Notes under the pieces: model-generated
Seen by the model: only the letters and a program-made list of their open reading frames with translations
What the model was told of the DNA's origin: nothing
The model's database searches: none
In this document: positions 1 through 12,140 of the stretch, piece after piece
Layout: each line of letters opens with the position of its first letter
Position numbering within the stretch: the stretch's first letter is position 1
Position numbers and translations under genes: made by a program
DNA from: Rotaria sordida
Lineage: Eukaryota
Direction: 5' to 3'
NCBI GenBank assembly: GCA_905252715.1
Contig: CAJNOU010000026.1
Location: 64,594 to 89,750, forward strand
Length of the DNA: 25,157 bases

Positions 1-276
1 TCGTTGCCTGTCCTTCCGCTGCCGGTTCTTTCGTGGAGGTCAGAGGTGAGCGGAGGCATGTGAATCGGTTCGTGGCATGCACAGCTTGGCAGACATGTGT
101 TAGTCGTTTGGTGCCACCCGTAGCTTGGCGCACCCGCACCAACATCCATATCCACACTCGACAGCGTTGTTTTGGAAATCTCATTGTGCATTGTCGTGCT
201 TTCATTTTTGTGTTTTCGGAAATCGGCTTTTCTTGGCGAGATTTTTTTGTATTAGGAAAGCGAAAGTGTATTTTTT

Positions 277-390
277 GCGGAAATTCACTTTGAGTTTCCA
301 GAAATTCATCTGGCGCGGAAAGGCAATTTGTATTTCCGAAAATTCATTTGGTGCGGAAAGTCTATAGAGTTTCCTGGAAACTCATATCAG
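277..390. repeat. Degenerate tandem repeat: three 38-bp units starting at 277, 315 and 353
   Basis: Units read gcggaaattcactttgagtttccagaaattcatctggc / gcggaaaggcaatttgtatttccgaaaattcatttggt / gcggaaagtctatagagtttcctggaaactcatatcag; gcggaaa recurs every 38 bp. Confidence 0.75.
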
Positions 391-1243
391 GCATCATATG
401 TTTTTGTTTATAGTGTACTCTGTGGTGCCCCAAAAGCTTATGATCTAGAGTCAGTATTTTTCATTTTATGAATGAATGGTTAGAGGTATCGTAAATCTGA
501 TTTCACCATTCGATAGAGTACATTGAATTCTACTTGGAACACAAATGAAAACATCTGAAACGCTTTCTGGGTGAATCAGGACTGAAATTACTTGAATTCA
601 ATGCTAGCTTCATCTTCATGCAAAATAAACACTAGAAATACCACATTGTACATATGAACTGAATTATGATCAATTAAAAAACCTATGAAGAATATGCTAA
701 TAAAGTAATCGAAAACATTCTAACATATTAACGATAATTTTTTGTTTAGATCAAACAATGATTTACTCTATTTTCTTACTTTTAAAAAATGATTAATGCG
801 TAATTGATTTAATTTTTCATGTAAAAATGTTTCTTGATAAAAGAATCAAATATCCTAATAGCCACTATGTTTCAAGTATAATTTTACATCCAAAGAAGAA
901 TTGTTAAACTATTATTATTTGAATTAAATTTATTTTATTATTGTGTCTAAATTTTCCACATTCGACAAAAAAGTTTTGAGGTCCATCTGTTTGAATAAAG
1001 CAACCAAAAAAAATTATACAAACGCATACAAAATTTTGTAAAGTCAAAAAAAAAAGGAAACCAAATAAACAAACAGAAGAGATTCTTCAAACTGATTATG
1101 CAGAAAAAAAAAGGAAACAGATCATATTGAATAATAAATGCACAATTGAGAATCGAAAAAAAAACCAAGAAGCTCGCCCTATATGCTGCTGCACAAACCA
1201 TTATCAATAAATGAGAATTATAAAAAACTTGTCAAAGATAAGT

Positions 1244-1976
1244 TCATGAACAACAATTAGATTTCACCGGTTTTGTTTTTTGTTCTCCATTAAGAAATAT
1301 ATCATGTGCACTATTTGATACACTCATTGCTGATTCTTTTGCTTTCATTGTTAATTCTTCAGCTATAGTTTGAAATAATTTTCCAACGTTCTCACTATTT
1401 TTAGCTGATGTTTCTAAATACCACATATCATTTTTTTCAGCAAATTGTTCGGCTACATGTGTTGGAACTTCACGTTGATTAATGTCACACTTGTTACCTA
1501 AACAAAACAGAAGTATTGATTTTTATTCAATAAATGAAAAACGAAAGTTAATTCGTACTAACCAACAAGTGTACATAAAACATCATTATTAGCGTAAGTT
1601 TTTACTTCACGAACCCAATCTGGAAGACTTGAAAATGTCGCAAGATTATTCATATCAAAAACAATAATTAATGCATTTGCTGATCGATAATATGATTGAG
1701 TTATTGAACGAAAACGTTCTTGTCCAGCTGTATCCCATATTTGAAGCTAAAATAAAAAAGAAAGTTATCAAAAAGAAAAACATAATTTTCGATATAAACT
1801 TTTATTCTTTCTCCATTAACTTCAACAGTTTTAATTAAAAAATCTACACCAATAGTTGCTGCTTGTCCAGCTGGAAAAACATCTTGACAAAATCGACGTA
1901 CAAGACATGTTTTTCCAACACTTGCATTACCAATAAGAACAACTTTAAATAAATATTTATAATCATCCATTAACAT
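1244..1976 (-). CDS. RAB30: Rab30-like small GTPase, at least 4 exons
   Basis: Exon 1 encodes MLMDDYKYLFKVVLIGNASVGKTCLVRRFCQDVFPAGQAATIGVDFLIKTVEVNGERIK (P-loop, switch I). Spliced exon 2 (intron 1747-1799) gives LQIWDTAGQERFRS; later exons give LVGNKCD and ETSAKNSENV, with C-terminal ...SNCCS (prenylation-type). Closest remembered family is Rab30. Confidence 0.85.
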
Positions 1977-2223
1977 GTTTGATATTATTATTATTTAAAT
2001 AAATCTAAAAAATACATTTGAAAATACTTATCGAAAGAAAAAAACAAAATCAATAGAAACTTCTTTCTTTGAACTGAATTTATCATTGAATAACAGAAGA
2101 AAAGAAAATACAAGTATAATTACAAAAAAAAAACAAATTCTTCAACACCTGAGATAGAAAATATAGCATTGAAAAAAAAATATTATCATGTCTTTTTATT
2201 TTGAATCACTGTTGAAAGACAAA

Positions 2224-5200
2224 CTATGATTTCAAAGTAAAACGTTGGGATATACCGCGTGAAGGACGATGTTGAGCATCACGATCTTTACATCGGTGGC
2301 CACAACCGTATGGACATTCATGATGAGTATTAAACCAAGTTCGAATATGATCGATATGACCACCATGAAAACAAACACCACAAAATGAAAATATACCACG
2401 ACATGGGATTCGACTAAAAACATAAAAACTAACATGTAACATCATATTTTAAGTTTTTGAAGAAGGGCTACCGGGAAATTTTTTTTTTTTTTTGGGATTT
2501 ATTTCAATCATCGGATTTATCTATTGATAGTATATAATACATTTTAACTTTATCAAAAGTGAGCTCTAATTCTGAAGAGTCAGCTAGTTGCTCGTCCTAA
2601 ATATTATATTCATCGTCATCCTAAGTTAGGTATCTGCTTTCTATTTCCACTATTCTTTAGAAAATAAACATTATATAAATTAAAATTAATTTTAAATTTC
2701 CGAACATTCAAAAAAAAAATAGATTGATTCGATTGGCTAATATCTTTAATTGAAATTAAACTATACTTACCAAATTGAGCATAGAAAATCTTTTGGCATC
2801 GGTGGAAAATTTTTGCCAGTAGGAGTAATCGAAGAAGTACTACTACCACCACTTGGAAGACGTTTAAGTATTGGTGATTGTGCTGAGAGAATAATTGCGC
2901 CATCAAATTCACTTGGATCATAATTAAGTGGTATTTTTTCTTTTTCTATACAATGTTTTGTTACTTGTTTAGCTTTAACAAATAGACGTAATTTTTGTAA
3001 TAATTCTATAGAATAAAAATGAATAAATGAAAATTAATATGAATAATAAATACATACCAATATACATGCCAATCCATTGAAAATGAGCACCATTAAATAA
3101 TTCGAAAACTTTATTTTCACCAAGTATTGGATAAAGTGCAAGTAAAAGATGAACTGCTACTTGAATTTCATTCTATATATTCACAATAAAAATCTCTATT
3201 TTGAATTTTGTTTTGTTATATTTTTTTTTAAGGAAAAACTTACGTTTTCAATATAATATTGAATTGTTTTTCGAAGTACATCATCAAAAATTAATGGATG
3301 ATTTTGCATTGTTGGACAATAACTTTCATCAATTGTAAAAAATTTATCTGAACCATCAGGTAAAATAGATTGTGTAGATGTTTGCATATGACCATCAGGA
3401 CTAAAAAACAAAAATATAAAAATATAGAAATTTAATAAAAAACAAAAAAAATTTTCTTACCTATCATACTCATCTACAGGTTCAAATTGACTAACATCTA
3501 TCATCATTTCCGGATATTGACGAGATAATCGATCTAGTGGAAGACCATTTATATCACCATCACCATGTATTACTGATGGTGTTCCATTTAATACAGTAGG
3601 TATTCCATCACGCATTACATAAATATCAGGCTATTGTAAATGGATAAATATATATGTTAGGATGAGAATCGAGATTACATCCAATCTTGGATTCGAAAGG
3701 AAAATTTATGTTAAAAACTTGAGTTACTCTATAGATTAATGTTAGATCCGAATTCTTTACGATGAGCTTTGAGAAAGCAATGGTATTTCAGGTAATACAA
3801 TCATCAATGAACAAACTAAGTTAACAGTTGAGAATTTATGACCTCTTTTTCTTTGAAGCCGTTCTTATATATAAAACCATTCATAAATTCATGAATTCAA
3901 ACTTAATTGATCAACTGATGATTATATTATCTAAAATGCCGTTATATCATCAGAGCTCATCAAATAAGTGCCCGAATTCAGCGTCAATCTACAAACTAAT
4001 TCAAGTTTTAACGTAAATGTTTCACTTAATTCAACATTCAACGTGTTCAAGTTCAAATTCAAGATTAGACATAATCTCAGTTTGAATTCTAATCTATATA
4101 TATATTTTCTTTATAATGAATAACAAATATTTACCTCATTATCATATAACATATCATAACTAATATTATTATTCAATACATCTTCAGGTGTAATAAATAT
4201 AATATCATCTGTTAATACATCTCGTACAATATATGTATCAACATCATCGATCATATCTAGAAGAAAATAAAAGATTAGAAAATAAAGACAAAAAAAAAAA
4301 AAAAAAGAAAATTGTTCATTACCCATTTGTGAATTTGATGATATGATTTGTTCTTGTGATTTAGCAGTTTTTCTTCCATTTAATTCTTCATTTGTTTCAT
4401 TCTCTTGTTGTTGTACATCAGGATTTTTTGGTTTTCCACCTGTTTGTTGATAATGATGATGATGATGTCTATGACTATTTAATGGATCACTCATATGATA
4501 ATTTTTCGTTGTTGATTGTGTATTTCTTCTTGAACTTATTCGATAACTTTGTATACCATTATAATCGGCATAAATCATTTTAATAACTTGCCATGTTGCT
4601 TTTAAATCTTGTCTTTGTAATTGTTCAGCAACAATACTATTTACATCACAAATATGTGCTAATGCTTCAGATGATCTATCACCATTACCAAATATCCATC
4701 GTCGTGCAAACTGATGAAATAATTCAACTGAATTATCTACTGAAGAATTTGAATATATACCAACAATAGATTTTCCATGAATTGTTTCATTATATTTTAC
4801 AAATTTTGACATAATTTCTTCAGAAAAAAATCTTTTTAAACCCATAAAAGTTATTGGAATATGTCGTTCAGAATATAATGATTGGATGTATTCATTATTA
4901 ATATTTGGCATTGCAGCATAAACGTGTCCTTTTGATGTAACATTTAATGAAAATAAAGATACAGATTGATCAGTTCTTATTGCACTTGATATATGCGTAT
5001 GTACTAAACGTTCATCACGACCAACAGATACTAAATTATCCGAATTTGGACGCCATGTAAAATCACCAATACTGTCTAAAGCAAAATAAAATCATGATAA
5101 CAACATGTGTTAAAAATTTTCAAAAAAAAGTTTTGTTTGTAGATTTATCAATGATTTTATTTCATGATAATGTCATATTACATTCTGATTTTTTGTGAAA

Positions 5201-8025
5201 TTTCAAATTTTCTTTTTTTTTTCTTGTTCAGAATTTTAATCGTTTAACTTATTAACATATAGAATCAATTGAATATTGTTATCTATGATTAAAGAAGATT
5301 TGAAATAGTTAAACATGTATCGATATTATACGATAAAGTTTCTTTGTCATATGAGATCATATGCAGATCAAAAATATAACAAAATAAATTTTAGTTAACT
5401 TGATAAAAATACGCAATCATCAATTTGAATTGCATGACCAATTTATAGTAGTCGATAAAAGTCTCTTCCTACCAGATCTCAGCTACCATAGGTACTGAAG
5501 ATCTGAAAATTTGTATGCACATAATCCATCAAGAATGTAGATCAGAGTCATCAGCTTGCTCCAATTGCTTTAACACAACAGGAATTATGACGAACAGGAC
5601 TTGATTTTCCTTTGAATTTCAGACTTTGAAAAAAAAACGTTATATGCGTTAGTCGGTTCCTCATTATTTACGGCTATGCTTTAGCTATCTACGCTATAAA
5701 TTTTATCGGAGTCCATGAACCTTTGTTAGAATGATGGCCATTTTACTGTATTTATTCGAGGGGGTGAAAAACTTCCTGACGCCCATTTTATATTGTAACT
5801 CTGTAATATTTCAATGAATCGAGGTCAAACCTTCAGAAAAGCTTTGACTGTAGTTGAACATTATTATCTATAAGTGTCACAGAAAAATCTTCTTCGAAAG
5901 GAAAATAGCATGCCAATAATCGTCGTGTTTATGCCAAGAACTCAAAGACATCCAGAGACAGCAATCTTGCAGTAAATTACATGATCTTCTTTTGAGTAAC
6001 GAAAGACCATATACTGGACTTGAGTTATAACTAAAAATATCAAGATTCAATCATGTATTTAATAAAAACTAACGTAAGATTTAATAGACAGCATTTTTCG
6101 GTTAAAAAAGCCTGCAGTAACAATAGGATTCGTCCACAATAATCTTCATTGCATTTAAGCTATTGGGACGACTTCATGCCTCTGACCTACATTCTTGGTA
6201 GAGTATGTGCCTACAAATTTCCAGACCTCCTGCATGTATGGAGGCTGAGATTTGGTAACGAAAGGGAAAAATTTTTGTCTACTATTGTATTACATTCAAA
6301 AGTTAATACTAATATTGATTATTATAAAGCTAATGATTTGTAAGCTATCTATCGATGGTAATGAGCTAAATATACATCATTCTATACAATGAAGAAAACC
6401 AAATGAATGTTTCTATTCTTAGATATGTATTCCTATAGAGTAATTCTTAACTATAGCTATCTAAAAACCTAACTTTAATAAGATTTAACTAAAAATTCAA
6501 ACCTATAGATTAATAATTATTTAAAATAAGATATTGAAAATATCTTTTTCAATCATTGAAAATCTATTAAATAGAAAATAGAACAAGTGATGATGCTCTC
6601 TATTAAACTATCTACATATTTAAAAGCAAAGAAAACAAAATATGAAAAATTTTTTGAATACAATAAGAATATATCTTAATTTCATACTTTGATGATGACA
6701 AAACGATAATTGTGGTAAATAAGGACGTCTAATATCCCAAACATGAATACGTGGATCTACTGAAAGTGTTGAACATGCTATATGATAACGACATTTTGGA
6801 CGCCAACTAAGTTTAGCTACTGTGCCAAATGATTGCACTTTAAATAAAGGTTCTTGTCGATTATTACTATCTTGTGCATTCCAAATCTTTAATTTAAAAA
6901 AAAAAGAAAAGTTCGATTTACTTCATAAAAAATTTATAATAAAATCTTACTCTTATAGTTCGATCACGACCACCTGTAGCAAGCCAATAAGGTTCATCAT
7001 CATTCCATGCAAGACATAGTGTTCTATCTGCTGTTGTTAAAACCATAGCAGGAGATTCAATTCGTCGAATATCCCAAAGCTAATTTTTAAAAAAAAATCT
7101 TTTTTTCTTATAAATAACTAATACTTTCACATACTGGTACGATACATTGATCATTTAATGCAGCAGCAAATAAATTAGGATTAGCAGAATTAATATGTAT
7201 ATCACGAAAACCATCTTCACTAACATGACGAAATGATGCAACAACTTTATTTGTATTATATGTTCGAAAATCAATTAGCTAAAACAATATATATTGAATA
7301 TTAATTTTAAAAAAAATAATTAAATTATTTAGTTAAACCTTTGCATATCCATCTTGTGATGCTGTTAATAATAATTTTGGATCTAAATTAAACAAAAACA
7401 TTGACAATAAGCTGGGTTTTTTTTTCTCTTTTTTCTTATTGTTTGAAATCTTTACTTGTTGGATGAAATTGAAGACGATTAATAGTTGCATTATGAATTT
7501 TAAATTGAGTTATTATAGCTAATTGATTAGCATCCCAAATATTTAAAAGACCAACTGCACTAGCCGATGCAAAACAATGTTCTTTGAAAATAAATTATTT
7601 ATTATTTAAAAAAAAAAATTTTTTTTTGAAAAACAAAATTTACCATCAATTGGATTCCATGCAATATCTGTTGGTTGTAATGTAGCACGTGCTTGTTTTG
7701 GTGCAGTACGAAAATCAAATAATTCAGTAAATCGTTCTGTTTTATCATGTTGTTCAATAGCAAGTAATTGAAAGCCTATTTAATTAAATACAAAGAAAAA
7801 TCAATAATAACAATGAATATTTTTATTTTTGAATTTCTTATACTTTGTTGTCCAGCTGCAATTAATCGATTCCCTTCATAATTAACACAAAGTACAGTTG
7901 TACCAGCCCGTACATGCCATGAAAATGTTGATTGTGATAACTGATTAGAAAATTCTTAAGATAAAATAAAATAAATATTTATTATCAATAGTAAAATATT
8001 TACTTTTTAATTTTGTTTCATCCAT
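2224..8025 (-). CDS. WDR24: WDR24-like GATOR2 subunit: N-terminal WD40 propeller, C-terminal zinc module
   Basis: Spliced fragments: MDETKLKKFSNQLSQSTFSWHVRAGTTVLCVNYEGNRLIAAGQQ; AKLSWRPKCRYHIACSTLSVDPRIHVWDIRRPYLPQLSF; IGDFTWRPNSDNLVSVGRDERLVHTHIS; C-terminus CSICRIPCRGIFSFCGVCFHGGHIDHIRTWFNTHHECPYGCGHRC. Stop at 2224-2226; ATG at 8023-8025. Multiple GT/AG introns, including 2414-2770 and 5077-6687. Confidence 0.88.
5445..6286. mobile_element. Candidate degraded non-autonomous DNA element with inverted-repeat arms inside a WDR24 intron
   Basis: Reverse complement of ~5445-5585 aligns to ~6145-6286. Core ctctga(c/t)ctacattcttg...tatgtgc(c/a)tacaaatttt...ggta matches 63 of 78 positions by eye, lying opposite each other around ~5863. 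Confidence 0.6.
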
Positions 8026-8239
8026 TCATAGATAATTGTTTTTTTGTTTCTAATAAGAAAAAAAATTAAAAGAAGACAATATAATAAAAAACAAACAAAT
8101 CATCAATAAATTATATTTAATTTATTTGTCAATAACAAAAAAAAAACAAAACTTAACAAATTAAAAAAAAATAATCACAAAAAAATATCACAAAATATTT
8201 CATTTAAAAGTAAATCTGGAAATAATTAACCTGCAAAAT

Positions 8240-9425
8240 TTAAAATGCACGACGTAGAAATGATTGCACTTGTTCATAAGTCATAAATAAAGCACCGGTA
8301 GCAAAAAAACTACGAATAAGTGTTGGTAATAGACCAGTATACAATGTTGTAAAACCTAATTGAATAAGAAAACTCGTATTAATACATAAATACTAAACAG
8401 TATGTTCTTTTTAACCTTCATGTCTAATCAATTTAATGGTATATTTCATAATATTCATATTTGGTTTCAATACTTGTATACGTGATTTTATTGCATCAAT
8501 AGGAAACATAAATATCCAAAAACAAATACCAGCCATACCACCCGAAATCCATGTTTTAACAAATCCTATTTATTAAAATAAATATTTATCAATATTCAAT
8601 TATTTTTACCAATATCTGTTTTCTTTTCATTTTCTTTTGTTAATAAAGATCTTGTTAACTCATATCCACCAAAAAAAAATCCATAACCCGGACACTCTCT
8701 AGCTAACGTTGCTGTTAAACCACGATATAATCCTCGTATACCTTCAGTACGTATAATATTTCGTGTTATATCTATTGGTGAACTAAAAATATTCTCACGT
8801 GTTTACCTAAAGAATGCAAAAGAAAAATAAATAACAAAAACATTTATTTACATTGTTTTACGCATTTGATTTTCTTTGGGTAACTGCATGTCATTCATTG
8901 TTTGTATTCGACATTTAACTAATTCAGTTGGGCATAAAGCTAATGATGCAAATATTGCTGCTAAACTTCCAGCTGCCATATTTTCTAATGGTGTTAATTG
9001 TTCATGATGATTTTTATTATTTAATAAACAAATCAAACTTTGACATCGTCCATATGCCATAAATAAAACTCCATTTTCTTCAAAAAATTTTTAATCTGTT
9101 TATATTTAATTAAAAGATTTTCAATAAGTACCTGCAACATTTGCAAGTAATGCTGGTACTGTTCCCGCATAGAAACCATGGATACCATCTTTATAGAAAA
9201 TTTTTTGAACACAATCGAAAAAATTTTTATAATGATTTGGAAATATTTGAAGTTTAGTTTTGATTGTATCTAATGGTTGACCAACATAAACTGAAACTAT
9301 TGCACCTAAAAATTTATAAATTAAATTTAAACATAGACAAAAAAAAAAGAACAAAAAAACAAAATAAGATTGAATATTTTACCAGCTATACCACTTAGAA
9401 GATCATGTATAGCAGCTGAATTCAT
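8240..9425 (-). CDS. SLC25A15: Mitochondrial carrier of the ornithine transporter group (SLC25A15/SLC25A2-like)
   Basis: Spliced peptides: MNSAAIHDLLSGIAG; VSVYVGQPLDTIKTKLQIFPNHYKNFFDCVQKIFYKDGIHGFYAGTVPALLANVA; LTPLENMAAGSLAAIFASLALCPTELVKCRIQTMNDMQ; C-terminus LGFTTLYTGLLPTLIRSFFATGALFMTYEQVQSFLRRAF*. Px[DE]xx[KR] carrier signatures are present. Confidence 0.85.
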
Positions 9426-9619
9426 ATTTGACAAACAATTAGATTGCGCTAATAAATAGTTGATCAAACAAAAATTTTTATTGGTAAAAAAATAAAAACC
9501 AATGAAAAACATCTGTTTATTGTTTCTCTCTTCTTCATTCCTCCTTGAATTATTATACATTCTTTTCCTTGCTTGAGATTACTTTTTATTATTTTTTGAC
9601 ATTCACCAAAAAAAAAAAA
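9426..9619. promoter_or_regulatory. Putative bidirectional promoter between divergent carrier (-) and DHHC (+) genes
   Basis: Only 194 bp separates the two inferred start codons, which face away from each other. Inferred from geometry; no core motif identified. Confidence 0.4.
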
Positions 9620-12140
9620 ATGTTATTCCGAAAAGATCCATGTGGAATTATATGTATTGTATTAACATATGCGATGCTGTTACATTGTCTTTATGCTATT
9701 CTATTTGTTATTATTATACCATTATTAAATGAAAGGTTTAATTTTTATTTTAATTACATATGTAATTTATTTTTCGAGAATTTTCGTTGTTTTTAGTTTA
9801 TATGGTACATTACATGCTTTAATTACTTGTACATTTATTTCTCTGTGTATATTTTCACATGCTCGTGCTGCTTATTTTGATCCAGGCTTTGTGCCTTTAC
9901 CAAAAAAAGGAATTGATTTTTCGGATGTCAAAATGAATGATAATAATAAGGTAAAATATAAAATGAATTTAATATAGTTTTTTCTTTTCTTTTTGGAAAT
10001 GAAAATTACTATTGTATTTTAGGACAATAGTGACGGTTGGACAAGTATGTGATGAAAAAATTTTGGTTTGATTTATTTTTTTGTAGAAATATGTTGTTTC
10101 TTTTAGTTTGTAATCGTTGTGATACATATAGACCAGCTCGTTCACATCATTGCAGGTAAATTGATTGGTTAAGACGTTTGTAAACATAATGAAGGTCGTT
10201 TGGTTTTGTTTAGGATTTGCAAAAGATGCGTTCGAAGGTAAAATTCTTATTTTTGACTATTAGATAAAAGTTAAGTTAGGAAGTACATTCTGAAGGTTAG
10301 GAAACTTTTTTAAAAAAGAAAGTATGCAAAATATTTTGATTCAACTTGAACTAAGATTATAATATAGTTCAGAAGGTTACGATAAATTCTAATCGTCAAG
10401 AATTTCAAATTGTCTCAAAACCATTATATAATAGATGATACAGACTAAGAAATAGCACTGAAAACATCGAGATTAAATATCATTGATGTGTAGATAAAAT
10501 TCATTTTTATATATTCAATTAAAGGAATACAATTTCTAGTTTAGCATTGGATTGAGTCAGAAAATTTATTTTTATATAAAAATCTACATGATAGAAATGA
10601 ATTTCGTTGTCCAATGTAATCTAAAAATTATACAGGTTATTTCTATATTCTTTTTTGTATTAAAATGAATCCCCTGTGCTAATCCCTTAAAGATCCTTCA
10701 AAAAAAGTCAATGTTCGTCAGAACTATCAAAATTAAGATAAATAGGTGGAAGGATAGCCCAAGGCCTAATCTATCATAAATTATATGATTTCTGTCATCA
10801 TCTACTAGAAAAATATGCTGTTTAAAAAAAAAAGAAATTTTTTTTGTTTTATTCTCTGTTTATGCGTTTTTGATCGTGCACCTCAAACTTCTCGAGAAAG
10901 CTTTATTGTAGCCAATGGCATTTTTCTTTTTGTTTAAACGAGCCTACCAAGATGCAGGGCATGAAAAAGTTGCTTTTTTGAATTAAGCTTTACTCCTATT
11001 ACATAAAACAGTACTTTTTATAATAAGAGCGTCATTTTTTGATAGTGTTGCGAGACATTGAACTTTTCTTCGTATAGAAAGTAAGAACTTTAAAAAAAAT
11101 GGCTTTGTCATGTCTTGCATCTTGACATGCGGTTTCAAACAAAAAACAAAATTAAATATATAGAATGAAGGTTCATAGGGAATTTTGGATTACTAAATGA
11201 TCCTTGTTTGTTGATTATCTTTTGAAAACGTCATGGCTATAGGACTGAAAATTTCATACGATTTAAATGTACTTGGTACAAAATCAATATCCATGAAATT
11301 TTTTGCATAGTCATTTCATTTGAATTATCCCTGGAAATAGGAATTTACCATTCCATGATTAAATAACAGTATGAATTAGTGTTTATATCGATATAATAAA
11401 AGTCAATACGGAGGATTATTTTTATTTTTATATTAAAATTTAATTTTTTTGAAATTCTATTTTAGATTAGATCATCATTGTCCTTGTAAGTAGAATGTTA
11501 ATTTTTCATTTGATAATTATAATTTTATTTATCAGGGATTAATAATTGTGTTGGTGAATTCAATCAAAAATATTTTATTTTATTTCTTTTTTATATCGGT
11601 AATAAAAAAAAAGATCTTTTAAATTTTTGAAAAAGAATTTTTCTTTTGTTTATTTTTATTTATATAGGAGTTACTAGCATCTATGTATTTTCATTTGTAA
11701 TTTGGTCATTAATTATTTTTTCACAGAAATCTGACTCACTAATGTATGTATCAATATAGAATAGATTCTGTTTATTTTTCTTGTAAATAATTATTCTATT
11801 TATATAGAGTTCATTCAATAATACTTTGTATTGAATCATGTTTATTCGGTTTATTTGTTGTTACAATTTTCGTTGATCAAGTTCAGTCAATATTAAACGA
11901 TCGAAGTTTAATTGATACATTAAAATTAGATGAAAGTTCTCGTATGACACCACAAATATTACCATCAGCAAGAGTTTTACTAAGAAAAGTTTTTGGACCT
12001 GGTAAACAAAACAAGAAAAATAAAGAATATTTATTTGATAAAATATTTTATTTTTAGGTCCAATATTGCTATGGTTATTACCATGTGATTTGAAAAAATC
12101 AAATGAAACACTCGACTTACAAAATATGCATAATGTTTAA
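9620..12140 (+). CDS. DHHC-type protein S-acyltransferase (palmitoyltransferase)
   Basis: Spliced reading: [150 protein letters not shown]...PILLWLLPCDLKKSNETLDLQNMHNV*. Splice sites are GT/AG. Subfamily not assigned. Confidence 0.9.
10925..11149. repeat. Imperfect inverted repeat (arms ~48 bp) inside the 1.2 kb DHHC-gene intron
   Basis: Reverse complement of ~10925-10972 (tcatgccctgcatcttggtaggctcgtttaaacaaaaagaaaaa) resembles ~11108-11149 (tcatgtcttgcatcttgacatgcggtttcaaacaaaaaacaaaa). Confidence 0.45.

Noticed and set aside
33-367. Overlapping short ORFs (86 aa and 80 aa) near the window start
   Set aside because: No recognisable family; the second reads through the 38-bp degenerate tandem repeat, so no coding call is supported.
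947-1207. 86-aa minus ORF rich in Phe/Leu
   Set aside because: Composition follows poly-A/T tracts downstream of the Rab30-like stop; likely 3' UTR/intergenic.
6149-6343. 64-aa plus ORF in the WDR24 intron
   Set aside because: It lies in an arm of the intronic inverted repeat; reported as part of that element, not as a gene.
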